Notes under the pieces: generated by a model | What the model was told of the DNA's origin: nothing | Database searches by the model: none | The model's input: only the letters and a program-made list of their open reading frames with translations | IMG/VR virus record: IMGVR_UViG_3300042291_001013 | Length of the DNA: 64,000 nucleotides | Reading direction: 5' to 3' (one strand) | Source: a virus | Taxonomy: Duplodnaviria; Caudoviricetes | In this document: positions 48,809-57,200 of the stretch, piece by piece | Layout of the letters: the number at the start of each line of letters is the position of its first letter | How positions within the stretch are numbered: the first letter of the stretch is position 1 | Position numbers and translations under genes: made by a program

Positions 48809-49198
48809 TCATCCGCGACGCATTTTAGAAATTTCAATTGCTTCTTCATCTGAAAACACAGGCACTGCATTTGACTTGTGCATGGTAGCAATACCCTTGA
48901 CCTTGGTGCCAGTGTAGACTTTGGGCGCGGCCAAGGTAGCGTTGCCGCCTGTGTCACGGCTGGGCAAGTGGGCGGTACTTCGGCCGGGTGGCGCACTCAG
49001 TTTGTAAACCAGTGGTTCAGCGGCCAGAGCACGTTTACGGCGTTTTTCTTCTAGCTCAAGTCCTTGATTCTTTAGCAGTTCTTTCCACGAAGCGTCAAGC
49101 TCACGTGCCTTACGAGCCTCGTCAGCATTGCGGAATTTTACCTTGCCTCGGCGTTTGCCACTGAGGCTGAGACTGGGGTGATGTAAGTGCATGCTCAT
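48809..49198 (-). CDS. Conserved T4-like-phage hypothetical protein
   Basis: YTGTKVKGIATMHKSNAVPVF motif. Confidence 0.65.
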   Translation of the reverse strand: MSMHLHHPSLSLSGKRRGKVKFRNADEARKARELDASWKELLKNQGLELEEKRRKRALAAEPLVYKLSAPPGRSTAHLPSRDTGGNATLAAPKVYTGTKVKGIATMHKSNAVPVFSDEEAIEISKMRRG

Positions 49199-49491
49199 TG
49201 TGATACTCCTAATAGGAAGGCTGTGGCAAGAGCGCCGGATGCAAATCGATAACCTTGTTCATACAATCCATTTTGTTGGTTGAGATGATTGAAGTAAAAG
49301 TAATGTGCTCCACATTCATATCCATGACGCACTAACCACATATCCCAATCTTCTACAAGTTGATGCATCTGTTTTCGAATTCTATTTTGCTCAGCAGAGT
49401 CTTTGGTATTCCCATACTGGGTTATTAGCGGATCAAAAAATGAATCCACGTAGACATATTCAGTAAGATGCGGGTATAACTGTTTCTTCAT
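49195..49491 (-). CDS. Hypothetical protein
   Basis: Directly behind a consensus promoter. Confidence 0.6.
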   Translation of the reverse strand: MKKQLYPHLTEYVYVDSFFDPLITQYGNTKDSAEQNRIRKQMHQLVEDWDMWLVRHGYECGAHYFYFNHLNQQNGLYEQGYRFASGALATAFLLGVSQ

Positions 49492-49497
49492 GCCTTG

Positions 49498-49526
49498 ATT
49501 ATAGCATGAGTAGGATTATTTGTCAA
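49498..49526 (-). promoter_or_regulatory. Sigma70 consensus promoter
   Basis: TTGACA-17-TATAAT. Confidence 0.85.
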
Positions 49527-49841
49527 TTACTTAAAAAGTATTAAGGCCATGCACCCGGCTTGCAGTATAAAACCAAAGCCAATTGTGATGATGTTGAGCA
49601 TGTCTTTGAGCACCACTGCTCGCAAGAACAACAGCACCAGACCGCCCCACAAGAACAAGATCATGTCCAGACCCGGGGTGCGATCACTCAGCCCGGTCAT
49701 CAAGGCCAGGAAACTGGGCAAGGTTGCACAGTGTAACACAATGGCTGCCAACCAGCCCAGTGTGTCTGCTGAAAGTGTTGCCAGGCTGTTTTTAAGGTAT
49801 TCGCGAATGGCAATGATTGTGACAGGAAACTTAAAAGGCAT
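49527..49841 (-). CDS. Small membrane protein
   Basis: Three hydrophobic helices. Confidence 0.65.
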   Translation of the reverse strand: MPFKFPVTIIAIREYLKNSLATLSADTLGWLAAIVLHCATLPSFLALMTGLSDRTPGLDMILFLWGGLVLLFLRAVVLKDMLNIITIGFGFILQAGCMALILFK

Positions 49842-50416
49842 TATCTTTCTCCATAGAAAATGTGACGACCAATTTTGTCAATTCGAGGCAGTCTCCAGCC
49901 CGGACTAACATAGTCTGCATGGTAGTAGAGTGCGTTTGTTAAACCTGGTAATCTAAAGTTTTCCAACAAGACCTTTTTGGCCACCAGTTCACTTTCAGCC
50001 CACAAGGGCGGATACACTGGTCGAGTCTTGTGTGTGGTTTCGCACACCCAACTGAACTGACAGATTACTTTTTCGTAGAATACATTTTTCTGATAGATTA
50101 CCCCACATACACCATCACCAAATTTCCCGTGGGCCACACGGTTCATTGTGACTTGGGCTACTGCCACTTTGCCTTCAAAAGGTTCTGAGGCTGCTTCCCA
50201 GTAGATGTTGCGAGTCAAGCATTCCAGTTGCTTGATCTTTTCTGTAGTGCTGACATAGCCGGCTGGCATTGATTCCACGCCGGATCGAAGATCACTTAGC
50301 TTCTGATTGCATACTGCAATCACAGCCAAGGCCACCAGCCAAAGTCCTGCGACTCGGAAGGCCCGCGAACTCCAGGTGGCAAGTTGATCACTAATATAGT
50401 TTACTTGTGTTTTCAT
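49841..50416 (-). CDS. SleB/Hydrolase_2 cell-wall hydrolase
   Basis: CLTRNIYWEAASE, AVAQVTMNR, CQFSW, YYHADYVSP, IGRHIFY. Confidence 0.9.
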   Translation of the reverse strand: MKTQVNYISDQLATWSSRAFRVAGLWLVALAVIAVCNQKLSDLRSGVESMPAGYVSTTEKIKQLECLTRNIYWEAASEPFEGKVAVAQVTMNRVAHGKFGDGVCGVIYQKNVFYEKVICQFSWVCETTHKTRPVYPPLWAESELVAKKVLLENFRLPGLTNALYYHADYVSPGWRLPRIDKIGRHIFYGER

Positions 50417-50503
50417 GGTAGTTTTACTTACTCAGATGGTTGAGGATCCGGACATTACCGGGCCAAAAAGGCGCCATTTTGTAGTAAACGGCGCTGTTAA
50501 CTA

Positions 50504-51382
50504 TTAAAACTTGCAGACCGGAATTGGTAACATCTTGTGCATGTTACGGGCTCGAGTTTCTTGGTACTGCTTGAGCTTTTTTCTATCATTGGCTGACAAT
50601 TTGGCACTGCCGGGCATGTCAGAGTCTACGGCTTTGCATCGTTTCAAAAAGTCCAGGGCCATCATGCGCTCAAGATCTGGATAGCTCATGCCCAGTTGAC
50701 CTTCGTCAGTGCGACCATCATCCCACAAACCATCTGTGGGTTCGGCGTCAATGATCTCTTGTGGCAAGCCAAAATCACGGCCCATGTCCCACACTTGAGT
50801 TTTCAAGCAGTCACCAATGGGGCTGATGTCCACACCGCCATCACCGTACTTGGTAAAGAACCCCACACCAAAGTCTTCCACTCGGTTGCCTGTTCCTACC
50901 ACAATGCCGTTGTTGCATTGCGCAACCTGGTACAGCGTCATCATGCGTAGTCTAGCACGTGAGTTAGCAAATGCCAACGTTATGGAATCGCTGTTCTGAA
51001 CCACTGGCCACTGGCATACTGGCTCAAGTTTCTTTTCAAATGCTGAGAACACCGGGGTTAGATCCATGCTTATGTGTGTGACGTTTGAGTAGCGTTCCAG
51101 CAACCAACCAGCTTGCATGCTACTACGATTGTCTAACTTCTTGTTTTGCCGAATGGGCATTTGCACCACAATGGTTCGGAGTCCTGTTTCAGCACACAAA
51201 GTGGATACTACACTGGAGTCAATACCTCCTGAAATTCCCACCACAAAACAGTGAATTTTGGCACTCTTGGCATAGGAGCTCAACCACTTCACAATGTGGT
51301 TGATTCGCTTCCGGGGCGTCAACGCACTTTTGGTGCTGGCATTGACTTTAGTTTGTTCCACATCTCGGCTTTTTGTTTGCAT
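50504..51382 (-). CDS. nadE: NH3-dependent NAD+ synthetase (start uncertain)
   Basis: GISGGIDSSV, NSRARLRM, GTGNRVE, GFFTKYGDG, PTDGLW, DEGQLG. Confidence 0.93.
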   Translation of the reverse strand: MQTKSRDVEQTKVNASTKSALTPRKRINHIVKWLSSYAKSAKIHCFVVGISGGIDSSVVSTLCAETGLRTIVVQMPIRQNKKLDNRSSMQAGWLLERYSNVTHISMDLTPVFSAFEKKLEPVCQWPVVQNSDSITLAFANSRARLRMMTLYQVAQCNNGIVVGTGNRVEDFGVGFFTKYGDGGVDISPIGDCLKTQVWDMGRDFGLPQEIIDAEPTDGLWDDGRTDEGQLGMSYPDLERMMALDFLKRCKAVDSDMPGSAKLSANDRKKLKQYQETRARNMHKMLPIPVCKF

Positions 51383-51924
51383 TTCTTCTCCAGTTTACGA
51401 TAGCGTTCGCCTAGTTTTCTAAGATCGTCCCAGTCCTTTTCCATGTCAGGATTGGGGGTAAGAATGTTCAGTCGTTCTTCTACCTTCTGCATCCATTGTA
51501 ACATACTTTTGCCGTTGATGTCAATGTCAGCTTTCTCGCCTGTGAGCGATATCTTGCCTGAGTTGCTTTGAGTATACAGCCCACCGACGGTGCTTTTATC
51601 ACCCCAGGATTGAGTGTTGGGCCCAATAGTGAATGTTTGTCCAATTGCACTGGTATTGGTGCCAGTAGTCCACTGCACATTGGCATTAGAACCGCTGGCA
51701 CCAATGCCACCATTACCGACAACACCACTACTGATTTTAAGATTACTCAAATCAAATGAGTCAACTATTGATACAGATATGGGACTTGTAACCGACGACG
51801 TTATCATTGAATCAAAACTTCCAATGGTCAACGTGTCTATGGTTCCATATTCTCCAATTTCTTTTGTACTGTCCATGTGCCATCCTTGTTGTCTATCCAT
51901 TGAACTGTGTCGCCGACTGCCCAT
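51319..51924 (-). CDS. Hypothetical protein (start uncertain)
   Basis: Ser/Gly-rich N-half, coiled-coil C-terminus. Confidence 0.55.
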   Translation of the reverse strand: MGSRRHSSMDRQQGWHMDSTKEIGEYGTIDTLTIGSFDSMITSSVTSPISVSIVDSFDLSNLKISSGVVGNGGIGASGSNANVQWTTGTNTSAIGQTFTIGPNTQSWGDKSTVGGLYTQSNSGKISLTGEKADIDINGKSMLQWMQKVEERLNILTPNPDMEKDWDDLRKLGERYRKLEKKCKQKAEMWNKLKSMPAPKVR

Positions 51925-52016
51925 CCCAGTTCAGCACACAACTCATTGCCTAGGTCCAGGAGTAGTTCTCCTGGGTGGTCTGGGTCATCAACTACTTGCA
52001 AGGTCCGTGTGTTCAT
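51837..52016 (-). CDS. AbrB/MazE-like small DNA-binding protein
   Basis: GELLLDLGNELCAELGWAVGDTVQW pattern. Confidence 0.6.
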   Translation of the reverse strand: MNTRTLQVVDDPDHPGELLLDLGNELCAELGWAVGDTVQWIDNKDGTWTVQKKLENMEP

Positions 52017-52148
52017 ATCGTTGTTGGTGGGTGCGGGTTGCACGAGCTAGTTTTTCCCGTAGCAGTTGCTCTCGTTGTTCGGGAGTTAGTGTTTGGGGCC
52101 ATTCCGTGCGATCCGGGACTTGATATTGTAGTTGACTATCTTTTACAA

Positions 52149-52337
52149 TCATTTTGCTACGGTCAACGCTTCTTTCTCAGCAGTGATTTCTTTGCGGCGT
52201 TCCTTGATGCCTTTGCTCATTTCTTGCAGGGCTTTACGTGCTCGAGCTGCCGCGGCCTTGACACCTTTGGCTGTGAACTTCTCGTTCTCGGCAATGTATG
52301 ATTCGTAGGCAGCTACGATTTGTTCGTGTTGGGTCAT
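52149..52337 (-). CDS. Hc1-like (histone H1-like) basic protein
   Basis: KGVKAAAARARKALQEMSKGIKERRK resembles the Hc1 core KGNKAAGTRARK. Confidence 0.7.
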   Translation of the reverse strand: MTQHEQIVAAYESYIAENEKFTAKGVKAAAARARKALQEMSKGIKERRKEITAEKEALTVAK

Positions 52338-52366
52338 GTTGTTTCTCCTTGTAATGACTAATAGTA

Positions 52367-52395
52367 ATTATACAGCCGCTAGGCGCGGTTGTCAA
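52367..52395 (-). promoter_or_regulatory. Sigma70 consensus promoter
   Basis: TTGACA-17-TATAAT, followed by AGGAG RBS. Confidence 0.85.
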
Positions 52396-52410
52396 TATCT
52401 AGATGCTCAA

Positions 52411-52659
52411 TTAATCTAAATAAATGTGGCGTCGGGTCCAGGTATCCCATACTGTCACGGCACTCATGCCATGTACCCATGTGACCCTAAACGTTTCAAA
52501 AGACTTTTGATCGTGAAGCATCATTCTGTTGCCGGTAACAGATGCATTGTCAACTCGATTTTCTTTGAGCCATGACCTAAGCAGTTGTTCTGCTTGGGTG
52601 GTGTTACGTAGGATTACAATGTACAGTGGCTCTACCGCACGGTAGGATGTTATGGTCAT
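52411..52659 (-). CDS. Small hypothetical protein
   Basis: Coupled ORF. Confidence 0.55.
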   Translation of the reverse strand: MTITSYRAVEPLYIVILRNTTQAEQLLRSWLKENRVDNASVTGNRMMLHDQKSFETFRVTWVHGMSAVTVWDTWTRRHIYLD

Positions 52660-52913
52660 TAATGGATTATGGTACCCTGTGGGATTTCTATTGGGCCCAA
52701 AGTATTTAATTCTTTGAATACTTCTGCAAACTTTTCATCTAGTTCTATTACATCTTGATCGTGTTCGGCGGCCACAGTATCTTGTACCCCCAGCAACCTC
52801 ATTATGGCACCCATGCGCACTGTTTTGAAGTTGTTGCGATACATGATAGCCATGATGTCCATCATTACCGATCTAATTTGTTCATGAAGTTGATCTGGAT
52901 CTTCGGTCTGCAT
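52659..52913 (-). CDS. Small hypothetical protein
   Basis: Coupled ORF. Confidence 0.55.
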   Translation of the reverse strand: MQTEDPDQLHEQIRSVMMDIMAIMYRNNFKTVRMGAIMRLLGVQDTVAAEHDQDVIELDEKFAEVFKELNTLGPIEIPQGTIIH

Positions 52914-52950
52914 ATAGTAATTATCATCTCAATACAAAGATGTGAAAAAG

Positions 52951-52975
52951 CGGCCCGGGGGCCGCTTGTTTGGAG
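52951..52975 (-). terminator. Rho-independent terminator (boundaries approximate)
   Basis: AAGCGGCCC...GGGCCGCTT hairpin followed by a T run. Confidence 0.7.
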
Positions 52976-52985
52976 CATTGGGCCA

Positions 52986-53342
52986 TTAGGCTTTGACTGC
53001 TTCCAAAATAGCCTCGGCAGTCACTGCCTTTTTAGCAGACTTGGCTTTTACACCTGCGCTGGCTTGTACTTTGACTTCGCCTTTCTTGGCAACCTTGCTC
53101 TTCTCAGCCAGTTTATTGGCCACAGCATAGTTGGCATCACCATCAGTAATGCCTTGCTCTGTGAGATACTGGAGAGCTTGCAGTTTGGTCATTGGCTCAG
53201 GGAGCTCAACAAGAGTGATGTTGGTAGCACCTGCCTTGTTCAGGATCTTGATGCGAGCCACTAGATCGTTTGCAAAACGAGCCTTAGTTACACCATTGTG
53301 GGTTGCGGTACCTGCTACGGTAAAAGTTTTTTCTTTTGACAT
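52986..53342 (-). CDS. Ala/Lys-rich early protein
   Basis: Start MSKEKTF downstream of the promoter at 53410. Confidence 0.6.
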   Translation of the reverse strand: MSKEKTFTVAGTATHNGVTKARFANDLVARIKILNKAGATNITLVELPEPMTKLQALQYLTEQGITDGDANYAVANKLAEKSKVAKKGEVKVQASAGVKAKSAKKAVTAEAILEAVKA

Positions 53343-53409
53343 AAGTTGCCTTTCAAAGTTGCCTATAAAGTTTAAAAAAATGCCTTGCATTACTGCTCAA
53401 CATATCAAT

Positions 53410-53438
53410 AGTATAGCAAAAGAGCAGTTATTGGTCAA
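53410..53438 (-). promoter_or_regulatory. Sigma70-like early promoter
   Basis: TTGACC-17-TATACT. Confidence 0.75.
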
Positions 53439-53475
53439 GTCTTTTTTGCTATAATTTTGATTCGGTTTGCCCAAA

Positions 53476-53604
53476 TTACTGAGCCAATTCTTTGCTTTGA
53501 TTTTGGATGGTTTGCACGCCTCGATCAAACATTCGAGCAATGCCCGAAAAGCCAACGGCACTGACCACCAAGCCTAAAACGAATCCAATTATGAGTTTGC
53601 TCAT
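53476..53604 (-). CDS. Small single-TM protein (42 aa), not in ORF track
   Basis: MSKLIIGFVLGLVVSAVGFSGIARMFDRGVQTIQNQSKELAQ; TAATG overlap with the upstream gene. Confidence 0.65.
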   Translation of the reverse strand: MSKLIIGFVLGLVVSAVGFSGIARMFDRGVQTIQNQSKELAQ

Positions 53605-53753
53605 TATTTCTTCTCCCGAATGTCAACGCTGGGTTTAGGTTCAACCCATTTGCCCACGTCTTGCAAATCTTGTCCGGCACCTTTGAGGGTACCTGCCACG
53701 GTGCCACAGGCACTCAAGGCCAGGGCAGTTAGAATAACCATTAGTGTTTTCAT
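53604..53753 (-). CDS. Entericidin EcnA/B-like lipoprotein (49 aa), not in ORF track
   Basis: MKTLMVILTALALSACGTVAGTLKGAGQDLQDVGKWVEPKPSVDIREKK; lipobox LSAC; AGGA RBS. Confidence 0.7.
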   Translation of the reverse strand: MKTLMVILTALALSACGTVAGTLKGAGQDLQDVGKWVEPKPSVDIREKK

Positions 53754-53762
53754 GATGTTTCC

Positions 53763-54542
53763 TTAGATAATGCTCACACGATTGAGTTGAGTAGTACCGT
53801 CTCTGTGAGCTTTGACGGTACCCAGGATGGTGTGTTGTACACCAGTAGCCAGTTGTTGGCGGTATGCAAAAAACACCGCACAATTGTCTGTGGTAATAGC
53901 AGTTGCGTACCAAGTGTTCCATTGCTGGCTGTAGTTGGTCTTGATGATCTCCACGCTCAGTTGAACCTTGTTGCCAGGTTGCCCCACATAGTTGCCTGTG
54001 GCCTGACGCACTCGTTCTTGAGTGGCCTGGCGCTCTAGGGCACGAGCATAACTTGCAGGAAGACTTGCAATCACAGCCAGCTCGTATTTGTTTTTGACTG
54101 TATCAAATTCTTCTGCCACAGCCAGCACCTTGCTGGTTGCAGAGTCAAACTCTGTGAGCTTGTTTTTAAGAGCACGGAAGGTAATGTCGTTTTGCAGGAA
54201 CTTGCGGCACTCCTGCCCTTGTGCAATATCTTCTACAGTGAGCACAGCAGGATTGGCCAAGATGTCCACCATGATATCACGGTTGCGTTGTTTCTCAACT
54301 ACACTTGTATTCTTGTCTTCGTCAAAACGGTATTGAGGTTCTTTTACATAAGCACCGTTGATGCGTTGTGCCGCCACTGCCGCACCCCAGACATTGTCTA
54401 AAGAGTGCTTGGTACCCTCAGGCTTGGCTCGAGGTTGCCACGTTTGGCGTGGCTGATAGGGTTCAGCATCGTAGTCGTCAGCATGACCCATGCGTCGAAC
54501 TTGTTCGCTGGTCATATTTGATACGTCAACAAATCCTGGCAT
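53763..54542 (-). CDS. Hypothetical protein with C-terminal OB-fold-like region
   Basis: Start MPGFVD; ends ILGTVKAHRDGTTQLNRV. Confidence 0.55.
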   Translation of the reverse strand: MPGFVDVSNMTSEQVRRMGHADDYDAEPYQPRQTWQPRAKPEGTKHSLDNVWGAAVAAQRINGAYVKEPQYRFDEDKNTSVVEKQRNRDIMVDILANPAVLTVEDIAQGQECRKFLQNDITFRALKNKLTEFDSATSKVLAVAEEFDTVKNKYELAVIASLPASYARALERQATQERVRQATGNYVGQPGNKVQLSVEIIKTNYSQQWNTWYATAITTDNCAVFFAYRQQLATGVQHTILGTVKAHRDGTTQLNRVSII

Positions 54543-54552
54543 GTTGGTCACC

Positions 54553-54792
54553 TTAGCAATAAAAAGTTGTTTGAAAGCCCAGGGCGGAATAAACACATTC
54601 TCGCACAGCAGTGTCAGTGGCCTCGCCAAAGTCTTTTTGTTTGCTCAATTCACACAGAGCGCGATAGGTCTCGGGCCACGTCAGTTTGCTTTCACGAGCT
54701 GACACAACCAAGGCGTGGACTGCGGCGTTGCCAAGTTCTGTAAACATGTCGTAGTCTTTGACAGCCTCTGTCAAGTTGTATTCGATTTCCAT
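54553..54792 (-). CDS. Small early protein
   Basis: Start MEIEYN behind the cassette promoter and RBS. Confidence 0.6.
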   Translation of the reverse strand: MEIEYNLTEAVKDYDMFTELGNAAVHALVVSARESKLTWPETYRALCELSKQKDFGEATDTAVRECVYSALGFQTTFYC

Positions 54793-54822
54793 TTCAGTTC
54801 CTTTTTGCGTTGTCATGTCCAT

Positions 54823-54851
54823 ATTATAGCATTTGAGCAATTATTGGTCAA
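54823..54851 (-). promoter_or_regulatory. Early promoter cassette copy
   Basis: TTGACC-17-TATAAT. Confidence 0.8.
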
Positions 54852-55186
54852 CCGCGGGCAATACGATAAGTGATGCCTTGATCAGTAACCACTTTGGTGA
54901 TGTCGCCTTGCACAATGTAGTCTTTTTCCAACAGGGCCAGAGTCTTGCGATCACGCACATGAGCTTGATCCAATTTGATAGTCACAAACTTCTTGCGATA
55001 TGTAATAAAGGCACTCTTGGCAGAGTACACCATTTCTAGTCCCAGCTTCATGCGTTCTGCACGAACCTTTTGGGCGTCAGTGTACAGGGTGCTGGCGGCA
55101 TAACTTTTCATTGCCGCGTCACGTGCGGCAAACCATTTGTATGCGCCGATTTCTGCTTCTTGTGTACCTAAAAATTGTGCGTTCAT
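54848..55186 (-). CDS. Small early protein
   Basis: Its stop TGA lies within the next -35 box. Confidence 0.65.
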   Translation of the reverse strand: MNAQFLGTQEAEIGAYKWFAARDAAMKSYAASTLYTDAQKVRAERMKLGLEMVYSAKSAFITYRKKFVTIKLDQAHVRDRKTLALLEKDYIVQGDITKVVTDQGITYRIARG

Positions 55187-55215
55187 TCTGGCTCCTGTTT
55201 GCTGTTTATGTGTAT

Positions 55216-55244
55216 ATTATAGCATTTTGGGATATTTTGGTCAA
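55216..55244 (-). promoter_or_regulatory. Early promoter cassette copy
   Basis: TTGACC-17-TATAAT. Confidence 0.8.
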
Positions 55245-55278
55245 CCAAAAAAGTGTTGCAAAAATGCAACACTTTTAC

Positions 55279-55752
55279 TTACACAGTAACCACTTTCCAA
55301 GCCAGTTCTTCTGCCAAGGGCTTGAGTTGATTGCTCAGAGCAGTTTCGCCATAGGTGTCGCCCACGTACCACACACCATCTCGCATGATGTAGTAGTACT
55401 CGGCACCACAGTTGTCGCATTGTTCCATGAACTCTGCAAAGGTGTGAGCCACTTTGAACTCTGAGCCTGACTCGCCACGATCGCGGCCATAAAAGGTACA
55501 CCAGTTTTCAGTCAACAGTTTATAGCCTGCGACCTCTTCAGCCCGCAGTTCAAAATGACTAAACGCATGTTTCTCGCCCAGTTCAGGACGCAGGCTTGAC
55601 AGGTCGCCTAGAGCCACAAGGTTATTGGCCTTGGCACTGTTATAGTGCTCTTGCAGGATCTGGCCATTGTGCTCCAGGTAGCCGTCCCAGTGGCAGTAAA
55701 CTGATTTGACTTTGTCACCGTGCATGACGCCAATTCTTGAACGTGTTCCCAT
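55279..55752 (-). CDS. Conserved phage hypothetical protein
   Basis: MGTRSRIG...YCHWDGY motif. Confidence 0.7.
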   Translation of the reverse strand: MGTRSRIGVMHGDKVKSVYCHWDGYLEHNGQILQEHYNSAKANNLVALGDLSSLRPELGEKHAFSHFELRAEEVAGYKLLTENWCTFYGRDRGESGSEFKVAHTFAEFMEQCDNCGAEYYYIMRDGVWYVGDTYGETALSNQLKPLAEELAWKVVTV

Positions 55753-55762
55753 TTTGGACTCC

Positions 55763-56086
55763 TTAGATAGATTTAGAAATTTTGAAACCTTCGGCCTTCA
55801 AAAACGCAATAGCATCTTTGATCTTTGTCTGTTTGCGCTCCACTGCCGCAATCGCTCTTACAGCGGCTTCTCTAGTCTTGCCACCAACCTTTGTACCGGT
55901 ATTGGTGTGGACTCCGCGGTAGCATGTGGTAGCATCAATAAAGGTTCGTTGTGTATAACCATACATGCAAAATTCTGCACTTTCTTGTCCCATTGGCAGT
56001 TGTGGTTTAGTGCTTTTACTTGGATATTTGGCATTCCAATATTCTTCAAATTTGCCTAACTTACGGACTGTATCTTTTGTAGTCAT
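55763..56086 (-). CDS. Small basic early protein
   Basis: Start MTTKDT behind the cassette RBS GGAG. Confidence 0.6.
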   Translation of the reverse strand: MTTKDTVRKLGKFEEYWNAKYPSKSTKPQLPMGQESAEFCMYGYTQRTFIDATTCYRGVHTNTGTKVGGKTREAAVRAIAAVERKQTKIKDAIAFLKAEGFKISKSI

Positions 56087-56116
56087 TCGGAACTCCTTTT
56101 GCGTTAATATGTGTAT

Positions 56117-56145
56117 ATTATAGCAGTTTGGGATTATTTGGTCAA
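56117..56145 (-). promoter_or_regulatory. Early promoter cassette copy
   Basis: TTGACC-17-TATAAT. Confidence 0.8.
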
Positions 56146-56327
56146 CCAAAATAGTTTTCCACAGCACCCTCAATGCCTTCTTCAAAGGTATCGCCGTAGA
56201 GCCCTTCGATGTCCTGTTCAAAGAACTTCACCAGTTCTTCTTTGGAAGGAGCCTTGCCATTGAGTTCTTTGGCGTACTCTTTGACTGATTTGATAACATG
56301 TTTTGGAACAGTAATCGTAATCTTCAT
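56142..56327 (-). CDS. Small early protein
   Basis: Start MKITIT; its stop TGA lies within the next -35 box. Confidence 0.6.
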   Translation of the reverse strand: MKITITVPKHVIKSVKEYAKELNGKAPSKEELVKFFEQDIEGLYGDTFEEGIEGAVENYFG

Positions 56328-56357
56328 TTGGAACTCCTTTTGCGTTAATATGTCCAT

Positions 56358-56386
56358 AGTATAGCAGATTGGGAATTATTGGTCAA
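56358..56386 (-). promoter_or_regulatory. Early promoter cassette copy
   Basis: TTGACC-17-TATACT. Confidence 0.8.
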
Positions 56387-56389
56387 CCC

Positions 56390-56420
56390 AAAAAAAAGCC
56401 CTACAATCTGTAGGGCTTTT
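56390..56420. terminator. Rho-independent, possibly bidirectional terminator
   Basis: AAAAGCCCTACA-ATC-TGTAGGGCTTTT with an A8 run on one side. Confidence 0.85.
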
Positions 56421-56434
56421 GTAGTACTTGAGTA

Positions 56435-56644
56435 TTACTTTTTAAACTCGCGTTGTACATAGTACTCGACCAGTTTACGCTGGATCATTGTGACCAAGTT
56501 GTTGTGATCTTCGGGCACCACAAACCTATAAGGGCATCGTCCCCAAGATCCGCGTTTGACAAATTCATGGTACCAATGTCTATGATCTTTGCTGTTTGGA
56601 TCAAAAACAGTCCAGGGCCGGCAGTTTAGTTCTAGCATGCTCAT
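56435..56644 (-). CDS. Small hypothetical protein
   Basis: Last gene of the operon starting at the 58498 promoter. Confidence 0.6.
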   Translation of the reverse strand: MSMLELNCRPWTVFDPNSKDHRHWYHEFVKRGSWGRCPYRFVVPEDHNNLVTMIQRKLVEYYVQREFKK

Positions 56645-56647
56645 GTT

Positions 56648-57199
56648 TTACACCTTAAAGTAAGAGTAATGACTGTCCAAATTCCAAGTTGCAGGGTCTA
56701 TTGCAGTACCATCATGTGTTTCTAGCTGAATACCAAGTGCTTGGTATCGTTGCCAAAACCAATAAATGTCTGGAGTCGTTGATCCTAGCTTGGTGCTATT
56801 TAACTTTTTGTGCTTGGCGGCACTCAAACGGCAAGTAGGAATATTGAGTGTTTCATCAACTGTGAGTCGATCACGCAACAACAAGTCACGAGCCACCTTG
56901 GCCGGGATCACATGCTCAAACTCTGTTTTGGTGCCATGCGACAAACCTTTTTCAAAATAGTGAGCACCAATGTTTTCCTTTATTGAATAGTTTTGGTAAC
57001 GACGTACCGCTTGATCAATCTTGTCACGAGTCAACCGTGCAAATTGATCTTCAACAGCAAGTGCTTTGTATACTGCAACAGCATCGGTGATTTCAATAAC
57101 TGCCCATCGATATGTTGCGTCATAACTGGCGCCACTGCGTTTGACCGGTGTGAGAGTTGTTTGCGTAAACCCACTAACACGTTCTAATAGAGTTTTCAT
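56648..57199 (-). CDS. Putative HNH/His-Me-finger nuclease-like protein
   Basis: TEFEHVIPA followed by IPTCRLSAAKHKKLN, similar to the EHIxP motif of DUF1524/GmrSD-type HNH domains. Confidence 0.5.
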   Translation of the reverse strand: MKTLLERVSGFTQTTLTPVKRSGASYDATYRWAVIEITDAVAVYKALAVEDQFARLTRDKIDQAVRRYQNYSIKENIGAHYFEKGLSHGTKTEFEHVIPAKVARDLLLRDRLTVDETLNIPTCRLSAAKHKKLNSTKLGSTTPDIYWFWQRYQALGIQLETHDGTAIDPATWNLDSHYSYFKV

Positions 57200-57200
57200 A

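Noticed and set aside
50417-50503. Riboswitch or ncRNA upstream of the cell-wall hydrolase
   Set aside because: There are only two short hairpins, one terminator-like. The region is short and I recognise no aptamer consensus; an Infernal/Rfam search would decide.
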